In this document: positions 1 to 15,000 of the stretch, in pieces
Layout of the letters: every line of letters starts with the position of its first letter
Position numbering within the stretch: the stretch's first letter is position 1
NCBI GenBank assembly: GCA_964016885.1
Contig: OZ024750.1
Span: 37,510,001 to 37,574,000, forward strand
DNA length: 64,000 nt
Reading direction: 5' to 3'
DNA from: Eledone cirrhosa
Lineage: Eukaryota
The notes under the pieces: generated by a model
Databases searched by the model: none
Seen by the model: the letters and a program-made list of their open reading frames with translations, nothing else
Told to the model about the DNA's origin: nothing
Translations under genes and position numbers: made by a program

Positions 1-3000
1 TTTTTTAGGTTTTTCACAAATTGATCATTTTACACAGTATTTGGACAAAATATTTTTTTTCAAAAAAATGTGTTTATACATTGTGTTTCGACACGTTGAA
101 AAATATTTGAAAAATTAAAAATATATATCAATTTTCGAAATCAGAAAGTATATATTTCGAAAGAAAAAAATCAATCTCTTTTAAAAAAAAACAATTTTTC
201 GAAATACTGTGTAAAATGATCAATTTGTGAAAAACCTAAAATAATCAATTTTTTTATACTTTTCGAAATATTTACTTCTGATTTCTAAAATTGATTTTTT
301 TAGGTTTTTCACAAATTGATCATTTTACACTATTTGGAAAAAATATTTTTTTTCAAAAAAATGCGTTTATACATTGTGTTTCGACACGTTAAAAAATACA
401 ATATATATATCAATTTTCGAAATCAGAAAGTATATATTTCGAAAGAAAAAAAATCAATCTTTTTTGAAAAAAAACAATTTTTCGAAATACTGTGTAAAAT
501 GATCAATTTGTGAAAAACCTAAAATAATCAATTTTTTTATACTTTTCGAAATATTTACTTCTGATTTCTAAAATTGATTTTTTTAGGTTTTTCACAAATT
601 GATAATTTTACACTATTTGGAAAAAATATTTTTTTTCAAAAAAATGCGTTTATACATTGTGTTTCGACACGTTGAAAAATACAATTTATATATCAATTTT
701 CGAAATCAGAAAGTATATATTTCGAAAGAAAAAAAATCAATCTTTTTTGAAAAAAAACAATTTTTCGAAATACTGTGTAAAATGATCAATTTGTGAAAAA
801 CCTAAAATAATCAATTTTTTTATACTTTTCGAAATATTTACTTCTGATTTCTAAAATTGATTTTTTTTAGGTTTTTCACAAACTGATCATTTTACACAGT
901 ATTTGGAAAAAAGGCGTTTATACATTGTTCCGACACGTTGAAAAATATTTGAAAAATTAAAAATATATATCAATTTTCGAAATCAGAAAGTATATATTTC
1001 GAAAGAAAAAAAATCAATCTTTTTTGAAAAAAAACAATTTTTCGAAATACTGTGTTAAATGATCAATTTGTGAAAAATCTAAAATCATCAATTTTTTTAT
1101 AGTTTTCGAAATTTACTTTCTGATTTCTAAAATTGATTTTTTTAGGTTTTCCACAAATTGATCATTTTACACAGTATTTGGAAAAAATGCATTGTTTCGA
1201 CACGTTGAAAAATTTTTTAAAAATACAAAATATATATCAATTTTCGAACTCAGAAACTATATTTCGAAAGAAAAAAAATCAATCTTTTTTGAAAAAAAAC
1301 AATTTTTCGAAATACTGTGTAAAATGATAGATTTGTGAAAAACCTAAAATAATCCATTTTTTTATACTTTTCGAAATATTTACTTCTGATTTCTAAAATT
1401 GATTTTTTTAGGTTTTTCACAAATTGATCATTTTACACAGTATTTGGAAAAAATATTTTTTTTCAAAAGAATGCGGTTATAAATTGTGTTTCGACACGTT
1501 GAAAAATACAAAATATATATCAAAAAGTATATATATCGAAATCAGAAAGTATATATTTCGAAAGAAATAAAATCAATCCTTTTTGAAATATAACAATTTT
1601 TCGAAATACTGTGTAAAATGATCAATTTGTGAAAAACCTAAAATAATCAATTCGTTTATACTTTTCGAAATATTTACTTCTGATTTCTAAAATTGATTTT
1701 TTTAGGTTTTTCACAAATTGATCATTTTACACAGTATTTGGAAAAAATGCATTGTTTCGACACGTTGAAAAATTTTTTAAAAATACAAAATATATATCAA
1801 TTTTCGAAATCAGAAAGTATATATTTCGAAAGAAAAAAAATTAATCTTTTTTGAAAAAAAACAATTTTTCGAAATACTGTGTAAAATGATCAATTTGTGA
1901 AAAACCTAAAATAATCAATTTTTTTATACTTTTCGAAATATTTACTTCTGATTTCTAAAATTGATTTTTTTATGTTTTTCACAAATTGATCATTTTACAC
2001 AGTATTTGGAAAAAATGCATTGTTTCAACACGTTGAAAGATTTTTTAAAAATACAAAATATATATCAATTTTCGAAATCAGAAAGTATATTTCGAAAGAA
2101 AAAAAATCAATCTTTTTTGAAAAAAAACAATTATTCGAAATACTTTGTAAAATGATAGATTTGTGAAAAACCTAAAATAATCCATTTTTTTATACTTTTC
2201 GAAATATCTACTTCTGATTTCTAAAATTGATTTTTTTAGGTTTTTCACAAATTGAACATTTTACACAGTATTTGGAAAAAATGCGTTATGTTTCGACACG
2301 TTGAAAAACTTTTGAAAAATTAAAAATATATATCAATTTTCGAAATCAGAAAGTATATATTTCGAAAGAAAAAAATCAATCTCTTTTGAAAAAAAACAAT
2401 TTTTCGAAATACTGTGTAAAATGATCAATTTGTGAAAAACCTAAAATAATCAATTTTTTTATACTTTTCGAACTATTCACTTCTGATTTCTAAATTTGAT
2501 TTTTTTAGGTTTTTCACAAATTGATCATTTTACACTATTTGTAAAAAATATTTTTTTTCAAAAAAATGCGTTTATACATTGTGTTTCGACACGTTGAAAA
2601 ATACAATATATATATCAATTTTCGAAATCAGTAAGTATATATTTCGAAAGAAAAAAAATCAATCTTTTTTGAAAAAAAACAATTTTTCGAAATACTGTGT
2701 AAAATGATCAAATGGTGAAAAACCTAAAATAATCAATTTTTTTATACTTTTCGAAATATTTACTTCTGATTTCTAAAATTGATTTTTTTAGGTTTTTCAC
2801 AAATTGATAATTTTACACTATTTTGAAAAAATATTTTTTTTCAAAAAAATGCGTTTATACATTGTGTTTCGACACGTTGAAAAATACAATTTATATATCA
2901 ATTTTCGAAATCAGAAAGTATATATTTCGAAAGAAATAAAATCAATCTTTTTTGAAAAAAAACAATTTTTCGAAATACTGTGTAACATGATCAATTTGTG

Positions 3001-6000
3001 AAAAACCTAAAATAATCAATTTTTTTATACTTTTCGAAATATTTACTTCTGATTTCTAAAATTGATTTTTTTAGGTTTTTCACAAATTGATCATTTTACA
3101 CAGTATTTGGAAAAATTGCGTTTATACATTGTTTCGACACGTTGAAAAATTTTTTAAAAATACAAAATATATATCAATTTTCGAAATCACAAAGTATATA
3201 TTTCGAAAGAAAAAAATCAATCTTTTTTGAAAAAAAACAATTATTCGAAATACTGTGTAAAATGATCAATTTGTGAAAAACCTAAAATAATCAATTCGTT
3301 TATACTTTTCGAAATATTTACTTCTGATTTCTAAAATTGATTTTTTTAGGTTTTTCACAAATTGATCATTTTACACAGTATTTGGGAAAAATGTTTTCTT
3401 TCAAAAAAATGCGTGTATACATTGTGTTTCGACACGTTGAAAAATATTTGAAAAATACAAAATATATATCAATTTTCGAAATAAGAAAGTATATATTTCG
3501 ATAGAAAAAAAAATCAATCTTTTTTGAAAAAAAACAATTATTCGAAATACTGTGTAAAATAATCAATTTGTGAAAAACCTAAAATAATCAATTCGTTTAT
3601 ACTTTTCGAAATATTTACTTCTGATTTCTAAAATTGATTTTTTTAGGTTTTTCACAAATTGATCATTTTACACTATTTGGAAAAAATATTTTTTTTCAAA
3701 AAAATGCGTTTATACATTGTGTTTCGACACGTTGAAAAATATTTGAAAAATTAAAAATATATATCAATTTTCGAAATCAGAAAGTATATATTTCGAAAGA
3801 AAAAAATCAATCTCTTTTAAAAAAAAACAATTTTTCGAAATACTGTGTAAAATGATCAATTTGTGAAAAACCTAAAATAATCAATTTTTTTATACTTTTC
3901 GAAATATTTACTTCTGATTTCTAAAATTGATTTTTTTAGGTTTTTCACAAATTGATCATTTTACACTATTTGGAAAAAATATTTTTTTTCAAAAAAATGC
4001 GTTTATACATTGTGTTTCGACACGTTGAAAAATACAATATATATATCAATTTTCGAAATCAGAAAGTATATATTTCGAAAGAAAAAAAATCAATCTTTTT
4101 TGAAAAAAAACAATTTTTCGAAATACTGTGTAAAATGATCAATTTGTGAAAAACCTAAAATAATCAATTTTTTTATACTTTTCGAAATATTTACTTCTGA
4201 TTTCTAAAATTGATTTTTTTAGGTTTTTCACAAATTGATAATTTTACACTATTTGGAAAAAATATTTTTTTTCAAAAAAATGCGTTTATACATTGTGTTT
4301 CGACACGTTGAAAAATACAATTTATATATCAATTTTCGAAATCAGAAAGTATATATTTCGAAAGAAAAAAAATCAATCTTTTTTGAAAAAAAACAATTTT
4401 TCGAAATACTGTGTAAAATGATCAATTTGTGAAAAACCTAAAATAATCAATTTTTATATACTTTTCGAAATATTTACTTCTGATTTCTAAAATTGATTTT
4501 TTTAGGTTTTTCACAAATTGATCATTTTACACAGTATTTGGAAAAAATGTTTTCTTTCAAAAAAATGCGTTTATACATTGTGTTTCGACACGTTGAAAAA
4601 TATTTGAAAAATACAAAATATATATCAATTTTCGAAATAAGAAAGTATATATTTCGATAGAAAAAAAAATCAATCTTTTTTGAAAAAAACAATTATTCGA
4701 AATACTGTGTAAAATAATCAATTTGTGAAAAACCTAAAATAATCAATTTTTTTATACTTTTCGAAATATTTACTTCTGATTTCTAAAATTGATTTTTTTA
4801 GGTTTTTCACAAATTGATCATTTTACACAGTATTTGGAAAAAATTTTTTTTTTCAAAAAAATGTGTTTATACATTGTGTTTCGACACGTTGAAAAATATT
4901 TGAAAAATTAAAAATATATATCAATTTTCGAAATCAGAAAGTATATATTTCGAAAGAAAAAAATCAATCTCTTTTAAAAAAAAACAATTTTTCGAAATAC
5001 TGTGTAAAATGATCAATTTGTGAAAAACCTAAAATAATCAATTTTTTTATACTTTTCGAAATATTTACTTCTGATTTCTAAAATTGATTTTTTTAGGTTT
5101 TTCACAAATTGATCATTTTACACTATTTGGAAAAAATATTTTTTTTCAAAAAAATGCGTTTATACATTGTGTTTCGACACGTTGAAAAATATTTGAAAAA
5201 TTAAAAATATATATCAATTTTCGAAATCAGAAAGTATATATTTCGAAAGAAAAAAATCAATCTCTTTTAAAAAAAAACAATTTTTCGAAATACTGTGTAA
5301 AATGATCAATTTGTGAAAAACCTAAAATAATCAATTTTTTTATACTTTTCGAAATATTTACTTCTGATTTCTAAAATTGATTTTTTTAGGTTTTTCACAA
5401 ATTGATCATTTTACACTATTTGGAAAAAATATTTTTTTTCAAAAAAATGCGTTTATACATTGTGTTTCGACACGTTGAAAAATACAATATATATATCAAT
5501 TTTCGAAATCAGAAAGTATATATTTCGAAAGAAAAAAAATCAATCTTTTTTGAAAAAAAACAATTTTTCGAAATACTGTGTAAAATGATCAATTTGTGAA
5601 AAACCTAAAATAATCAATTTTTTTATACTTTTCGAAATATTTACTTCTGATTTCTAAAATTGATTTTTTTAGGTTTTTCACAAATTGATAATTTTACACT
5701 ATTTGGAAAAAATATTTTTTTTCAAAAAAATGCGTTTATACATTGTGTTTCGACACGTTGAAAAATACAATTTATATATCAATTTTCGAAATCAGAAAGT
5801 ATATATTTCGAAAGAAAAAAAATCAATCTTTTTTGAAAAAAAACAATTTTTCGAAATACTGTGTAAAATGATCAATTTGTGAAAAACCTAAAATAATCAA
5901 TTTTTATATACTTTTCGAAATATTTACTTCTGATTTCTAAAATTGATTTTTTTAGGTTTTTCACAAATTGATCATTTTACACAGTATTTGGAAAAAATGT

Positions 6001-9000
6001 TTTCTTTCAAAAAAATGCGTTTATACATTGTGTTTCGACACGTTGAAAAATATTTGAAAAATACAAAATATATATCAATTTTCGAAATAAGAAAGTATAT
6101 ATTTCGATAGAAAAAAAAATCAATCTTTTTTGAAAAAAACAATTATTCGAAATACTGTGTAAAATAATCAATTTGTGAAAAACCTAAAATAATCAATTTT
6201 TTTATACTTTTCGAAATATTTACTTCTGATTTCTAAAATTGATTTTTTTAGGTTTTTCACAAATTGATCATTTTACACAGTATTTGGAAAAAATTTTTTT
6301 TTTCAAAAAAATGTGTTTATACATTGTGTTTCGACACGTTGAAAAATATTTGAAAAATTAAAAATATATATCAATTTTCGAAATCAGAAAGTATATATTT
6401 CGAAAGAAAAAAATCAATCTCTTTTAAAAAAAAACAATTTTTCGAAATACTGTGTAAAATGATCAATTTGTGAAAAACCTAAAATAATCAATTTTTTTAT
6501 ACTTTTCGAAATATTTACTTCTGATTTCTAAAATTGATTTTTTTAGGTTTTTCACAAATTGATCATTTTACACTATTTGGAAAAAATATTTTTTTTCAAA
6601 AAAATGCGTTTATACATTGTGTTTCGACACGTTGAAAAATACAATATATATATCAATTTTCGAAATCAGAAAGTATATATTTCGAAAGAAAAAAAATCAA
6701 TCTTTTTTGAAAAAAAACAATTTTTCGAAATACTGTGTAAAATGATCAATTTGTGAAAAACCTAAAATAATCAATTTTTTTATACTTTTCGAAATATTTA
6801 CTTCTGATTTCTAAAATTGATTTTTTTAGGTTTTTCACAAATTGATAATTTTACACTATTTGGAAAAAATATTTTTTTTCAAAAAAATGCGTTTATACAT
6901 TGTGTTTCGACACGTTGAAAAATACAATTTATATATCAATTTTCGAAATCAGAAAGTATATATTTCGAAAGAAAAAAAATCAATCTTTTTTGAAAAAAAA
7001 CAATTTTTCGAAATACTGTGTAAAATGATCAATTTGTGAAAAACCTAAAATAATCAATTTTTTTATACTTTTCGAAATATTTACTTCTGATTTCTAAAAT
7101 TGATTTTTTTTAGGTTTTTCACAAACTGATCATTTTAAACAGTATTTGGAAAAAAGGCGTTTATACATTGTTTCGACACGTTGAAAAATTTTTTAAAAAT
7201 ACAAAATATATATCAATTTTCGAAATCAGAAAGTATATATTTCGAAAGAAAAAAAATCAATCTTTTTTGAAAAAAAACAATTTTTCGAAATACTGTGTAA
7301 AATGATCAATTTGTGAAAAACCTAAAATAATCAATTTTTTTATACTTTTTTTTTTATACTTTTTTTATACTTTTTTTATACTTTTTTTATACTTTTTTAC
7401 TGTAAAATGATCAATTTGTGAAAAACCTAAAATAATCAATTCGTTTATACTTTTCGAAATATTTACTTCTGATTTCTAAAATTGATTTTTTTAGGTTTTT
7501 CACAAATTGATCATTTTACACAGTATTTCGAAAAATTGTTTTTTTTCAAAAAAATGCGTTCATACATTGTTTCGACACGTTGAAAAATATTTGAAAAATT
7601 AAAAATATATATCAATTTTCGAAATCAGAAAGTATATATTTCGAAAGAAAAAAAATCAATCTTTTTTGAAAAAAAACAATTTTTCGAAATACTGTGTAAA
7701 ATGATCAATTTGTGAAAAATCTAAAATAATCAATTTTTTTATAGTTTTCGAAATTTACTTTCTGATTTCTAAAATTGATTTTTTTAGGTTTTTCACAAAT
7801 TGATCATTTTACACAGTATTTGGAAAAAATATTTTTTTTCAAAAGAATGCGGTTATAAATTGTGTTTCGACACGTTGAAAAATACAAAATATATATCAAA
7901 AAGTATATATATCGAAATCAGAAAGTATATATTTCGAAAGAAATAAAATCAATCCTTTTTGAAATATAACAATTTTTCGAAATACTGTGTAAAATGATCA
8001 ATTTGTGAAAAACCTAAAATAATCAATTCGTTTATACTTTTCGAAATATTTACTTCTGATTTCTAAAATTGATTTTTTTAGGTTTTTCACAAATTGATCA
8101 TTTTACACAGTATTTGGAAAAAATATTTTTTTTCAAAAATATGTGTTTATACATTGTGTTTCGACACGTTGAAAAATATTTGAAAAATTAAAAATATATA
8201 TCAATTTTCGAAATCAGAAAGTATATATTTCGAAAGAAAAAAATCAATCTCTTTTGAAAAAAAACAATTTTTCGAAATACTGTGTAAAATGATCAATTTG
8301 TGAAAAACCTAAAATAATCAATTTTTTTATACTTTTCGAAATATTCACTTCTGATTTCTAAAATTGATTTTTTTAGGTTTTTCACAAATTGATCATTTTA
8401 CACTATTTGGAAAAAATATTTTTTTTCAAAAAAATGCGTTTATACATTGTGTTTCGACACGTTGAAAAATACAATATATATATCAATTTTCGAAATCAGA
8501 AAGTATATATTTCGAAAGAAAAAAAATCAATCTTTTTTGAAAAAAAACAATTTTTCGAAATACTGTGTAAAGTGATCAAATGGTGAAAAACCTAAAATAA
8601 TCAATTTTTTTATACTTTTCGAAATATTTACTTCTGATTTCTAAAATTGATTTTTTTTAGGTTTTTCACAAATTGATAATTTTACACTATTTTGAAAAAA
8701 TATTTTTTTTCAAAAAATTGCGTTTATACATTGTTTCGACACGTTGAAAAATTTTTTAAAAATACAAAATATATATCAATTTTCGAAATCACAAAGTATA
8801 TATTTCGAAAGAAAAAAATCAATCTTTTTTGAAAAAAAACAATTATTCGAAATACTGTGTAACATGATCAATTTGTGAAAAACCTAAAATAATCAATTCG
8901 TTTATACTTTTCGAAATATTTACTTCTGATTTCTAAAATTGATTTTTTTAGGTTTTTCACAAATTGATCATTTTACACAGTATTTGGAAAAAATGTTTTC

Positions 9001-12000
9001 TTTCAAAAAAATGCGTGTATACATTGTGTTTCGACACGTTGAAAAATATTTGAAAAATACAAAATATATATCAATTTTCGAAATAAGAAAGTATATATTT
9101 CGATAGAAAAAAAAATCAATCTTTTTTGAAAAAAAACAATTATTCGAAATACTGTGTAAAATAATCAATTTGTGAAAAACCTAAAATAATCAATTCGTTT
9201 ATACTTTTCGAAATATTTACTTCTGATTTCTAAAATTGATTTTTTTAGGTTTTTCACAAATTGATCATTTTACACAGTATTTGGAAAAAATTTTTTTTTT
9301 CAAAAAAATGCGTTTATACATTGTGCTTCGACACGTTGAAAAATATTAAATATATATCAATTTTCGAAATCAGAAAGTATGTATTTCGAAAGAAAAAAAA
9401 TCAATCTTTTTTAAAAAAAAACAATTTTTCGAAATACTGTGTAAAGTGATCAATTTGTGAAAAACCTAAAATAATCAATTTTTTTATACTTTTCGAAATA
9501 TTTACTTCTGATTTCTAAAATTGATTTTTTTAGGTTTTTCACAAATTGATCATTTTACACAGTATTTGGAAAAAATATTTTTTTTCAAAAAAATGTGTTT
9601 ATACATTGTGTTTCGACACGTTGAAAAATATTTGAAAAATTAAAAATATATATCAATTTTCGAAATCAGAAAGTATATATTTCGAAAGAAAAAAATCAAT
9701 CTCTTTTAAAAAAAAACAATTTTTCGAAATACTGTGTAAAATGATCAATTTGTGAAAAACCTAAAATAATCAATTTTTTTATACTTTTCGAAATATTTAC
9801 TTCTGATTTCTAAAATTGATTTTTTTAGGTTTTTCACAAATTGATAATTTTACACTATTTGGAAAAAATATTTTTTTTCAAAAAAATGCGTTTATACATT
9901 GTGTTTCGACACGTTGAAAAATACAATTTATATATCAATTTTCGAAATCAGAAAGTATATATTTCGAAAGAAAAAAAATCAATCTTTTTTGAAAAAAAAC
10001 AATTTTTCGAAATACTGTGTAAAATGATCAATTTGTGAAAAACCTAAAATAATCAATTTTTTTATACTTTTCGAAATATTTACTTCTGATTTCTAAAATT
10101 GATTTTTTTAGGTTTTTCACAAATTGATAATTTTACACTATTTGGAAAAAATATTTTTTTTCAAAAAAATGCGTTTATACATTGTGTTTCGACACGTTGA
10201 AAAATACAATTTATATATCAATTTTCGAAATCAGAAAGTATATATTTCGAAAGAAAAAAAATCAATCTTTTTTGAAAAAAAACAATTTTTCGAAATACTG
10301 TGTAAAATGATCAATTTGTGAAAAACCTAAAATAATCAATTTTTTTATACTTTTCGAAATATTTACTTCTGATTTCTAAAATTGATTTTTTTAGGTTTTT
10401 CACAAATTGATCATTTTACACAGTATTTGGAAAAAATTTTTTTTTTCAAAAAAATGCGTTTATACATTGTGCTTCGACACGTTGAAAAATATTAAATATA
10501 TATCAATTTTCGAAATCAGAAAGTATGTATTTCGAAAGAAAAAAATCAATCTTTTTTAAAAAAAAACAATTTTTCGAAATACTGTGTAAAGTGATCAATT
10601 TGTGAAAAACCTAAAATAATCAATTTTTTTATACTTTTCGAAATATTTACTTCTGATTTCTAAAATTGATTTTTTTAGGTTTTTCACAAATTGATCATTT
10701 TACACAGTATTTGGAAAAAATATTTTTTTTCAAAAAAATGTGTTTATACATTGTGTTTCGACACGTTGAAAAATATTTGAAAAATTAAAAATATATATCA
10801 ATTTTCGAAATCAGAAAGTATATATTTCGAAAGAAAAAAATCAATCTCTTTTAAAAAAAAACAATTTTTCGAAATACTGTGTAAAATGATCAATTTGTGA
10901 AAAACCTAAAATAATCAATTTTTTTATACTTTTCGAAATATTTACTTCTGATTTCTAAAATTGATTTTTTTAGGTTTTTCACAAATTGATAATTTTACAC
11001 TATTTGGAAAAAATATTTTTTTTCAAAAAAATGCGTTTATACATTGTGTTTCGACACGTTGAAAAATACAATTTATATATCAATTTTCGAAATCAGAAAG
11101 TATATATTTCGAAAGAAAAAAAATCAATCTTTTTTGAAAAAAAACAATTTTTCGAAATACTGTGTAAAATGATCAATTTGTGAAAAACCTAAAATAATCA
11201 ATTTTTTTATACTTTTCGAAATATTTACTTCTGATTTCTAAAATTGATTTTTTTAGGTTTTTCACAAATTGATAATTTTACACTATTTGGAAAAAATATT
11301 TTTTTTCAAAAAAATGCGTTTATACATTGTGTTTCGACACGTTGAAAAATACAATTTATATATCAATTTTCGAAATCAGAAAGTATATATTTCGAAAGAA
11401 AAAAAATCAATCTTTTTTGAAAAAAAACAATTTTTCGAAATACTGTGTAAAATGATCAATTTGTGAAAAACCTAAAATAATCAATTTTTTTATACTTTTC
11501 GAAATATTTACTTCTGATTTCTAAAATTGATTTTTTTAGGTTTTTCACAAATTGATCATTTTACACAGTAATTGGAAAAATTGCGTTTATACATTGTTTC
11601 GACACGTTGAAAAATTTTTTAAAAATACAAAATATATATCAATTTTCGAAATCACAAAGTATATATTTCGAAAGAAAAAAATCAATCTTTTTTGAAAAAA
11701 AACAATTATTCGAAATACTGTGTAAAATGATCAATTTGTGAAAAACCTAAAATAATCAATTCGTTTATACTTTTCGAAATATTTACTTCTGATTTCTAAA
11801 ATTGATTTTTTTAGGTTTTTCACAAATTGATCATTTTACACAGTATTTGGAAAAAATGTTTTCTTTCAAAAAAATGCGTGTATACATTGTGTTTCGACAC
11901 GTTGAAAAATATTTGAAAAATACAAAATATATATCAATTTTCGAAATAAGAAAGTATATATTTCGATAGAAAAAAAAATCAATCTTTTTTGAAAAAAAAC

Positions 12001-15000
12001 AATTATTCGAAATACTGTGTAAAATAATCAATTTGTGAAAAACCTAAAATAATCAATTCGTTTATACTTTTCGAAATATTTACTTCTGATTTCTAAAATT
12101 GATTTTTTTAGGTTTTTCACAAATTGATCATTTTACACAGTATTTGGAAAAATTGCGTTTATACATTGTTCCGACACGTTGAAAAATTTTTTAAAAATAC
12201 AAAATATATATCAATTTTCGAAATCAGAAAGTATGTATTTCGAAAAAAAAAAATCAATCTTTTTTGAAAAAAAACAATTTTTCGAAATACTGTAAAATGA
12301 TCAATTTGTGAAAAACCTAAAATAATCAATTCGTTTATACTTTTCGAAATATTTACTTCTGATTTCTAAAATTGATTTTTTTAGGTTTTTCACAAATTGA
12401 TCATTTTACACAGTATTTCGAAAAATTGTTTTTTTTCAAAAAAATGCGTTCATACATTGTTTCGACACGTTGAAAAATATTTGAAAAATTAAAAATATAT
12501 ATCAATTTTCGAAATCAGAAAGTATATATTTCGAAAGAAAAAAAATCAATCTTTTTTGAAAAAAAACAATTTTTCGAAATACTGTGTAAAATGATCAATT
12601 TGTGAAAAATCTAAAATAATCAATTTTTTTATAGTTTTCGAAATTTACTTTCTGATTTCTAAAATTGATTTTTTTAGGTTTTTCACAAATTGATCATTTT
12701 ACACAGTATTTGGAAAAATTGCGTTTATACATTGTTCCGACACGTTGAAAAATTTTTTAAAAATACAAAATATATATCAATTTTCGAAATCAGAAAGTAT
12801 GTATTTCGAAAAAAAAAAATCAATCTTTTTTGAAAAAAAACAATTTTTCGAAATACTGTAAAATGATCAATTTGTGAAAAACCTAAAATAATCAATTCGT
12901 TTATACTTTTCGAAATATTTACTTCTGATTTCTAAAATTGATTTTTTTAGGTTTTTCACAGTATTTCGAAAAATTGTTTATTTTCAAAAAAATGCGTTCA
13001 TACATTGTTTCGACACGTTGAAAAATATTTGAAAAATTAAAAATATATATCAATTTTCGAAATCAGAAAGTATATATTTCGAAAGAAAAAAAATCAATCT
13101 TTTTTGAAAAAAAACAATTTTTCGAAATACTGTGTAAAATGATCAATTTGTGAAAAATCTAAAATAATCAATTTTTTTATAGTTTTCGAAATTTACTTTC
13201 TGATTTCTAAAATTGATTTTTTTAGGTTTTTCACAAATTGATCATTTTACACAGTATTTCGAAAAATCGTTTTTTTTAAAAAAAAATGCGTTTATACATT
13301 GTGTTTCGACACGTTGAAAAATATTTGAAAAATACAAAATATATATCAATTTTCGAAATAAGAAAGTATATATTTCGAAAGAAAAAAAAATCAATCTTTT
13401 TTGAAAAAAAACAATTATTCGAAATACTGTGTAAAATGATCAATTTGTGAAAAACCTAAAATAATAAATTTTTTTATACTTTTCGAAATATTTCTGATTT
13501 CTAAAATTGATTTTTTTAGGTTTTTCACAAATTGATCATTTTACACAGTATTTGGAAAAAATGCATTGTTTCGACACGTTGAAAAATTTTTTAAAAATAC
13601 AAAATATATATCAATTTTCGAAATCAGAAAGTATATATTTCGAAAGAAAAAAAATTAATCTTTTTTGAAAAAAAACAATTTTTCGAAATACTGTGCAAAA
13701 TGATCAATTTGTGAAAAACCTAAAATAATCAATTTTTTTATACTTTTCGAAATATTTACTTCTGATTTCTAAAATTGATTTTTTTAGGTTTTTCACAAAT
13801 TGATCATTTTACACAGTATTTGGAAAAAATGCATTGTTTCAACACGTTGAAAGATTTTTTAAAAATACAAAATATATATCAATTTTCGAAATCAGAAAGT
13901 ATATTTCGAAAGAAAAAAAATCAATCTTTTTTGAAAAAAAACAATTATTCGAAATACTTTGTAAAATGATAGATTTGTGAAAAACCTAAAATAATCCATT
14001 TTTTTATACTTTTCGAAATATTTACTTCTGATTTCTAAAATTGATTTTTTTAGGTTTTTCACAAATTGAACATTTTACACAGTATTTGGAAAAAATGCGT
14101 TATGTTTCGACACGTTGAAAAACTTTTGAAAAATTCAAAATATATATCAATTTTCGAAATCAGAAAGTATATATTTCGAAAGAAATAAAATCAATCTTTT
14201 TTGAAAAAAAACAATTTTTCGAAATACTGTGTAACATGATCATATTGTGAAAAACCTAAATTAATAAATTTTTTTATAATTTTAGAAATATTTACTTCTG
14301 ATTTCTAACATTGATTTTTTTAGGTTTTACACAGTATTTGGAAAAAATGCGTTTATACATTATGTTTCGACACGTTGAAAAATTTTTTAAAAATACAAAA
14401 TATATATCAATTTTCGAAATCAGAAAGTATATATTTCGAAAGAAAAAAAATTAATCTTTTTTGAAAAAAAACAATTTTTCGAAATACTGTGTAAAATGAT
14501 CAATTTGTGAAAAACCTAAAATAATCAATTTTTTATACTTTTCGAAATATTTACTTCTGATTTCTAAAATTGATTTTTTTAGGTTTTTCACAAATTGATC
14601 ATTTTACACAGTATTTGGAAAAAATATTTTTTTTCAAAAAAATGTGTTTATACATTGTGTTTCGACACGTTGAAAAATACAATATATATATCAATTTTCG
14701 AAATCAGAAAGTATATATTTCGAAAGAAAAAAAATCAATCTTTTTTGAAATAAAACAATTTTTCGAAATACTGTGTAAAATGATCAATTTGTGAAAAACC
14801 TAAAATAATCAATTTTTTTAAACTTTTCGAAATATTTACTTCGAATTTCTAAAATTGATTTTTTTAGGTTTTACACAGTATTTAGAAAAAAGGCGTTTAT
14901 ACATTGTTTCGACACGTTGAAAAATTTTTTAAAAATACAAAATATATATCAATTTTCGAAATCTGAAAGTATATATTTCGAAAGAAAAAAAAACATCTTT

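Noticed and set aside
84-102. CENP-B box-like motif around tttcgacacgttg
   Set aside because: Only TTCG matches; the downstream A and CGGG positions are absent.
60-150. Hammerhead-like words on the satellite minus strand (CTGATTT ... GAAA-cacaatg-TA)
   Set aside because: The core lacks G8/A9 and no stem I or stem II can be formed, so this is likely chance.
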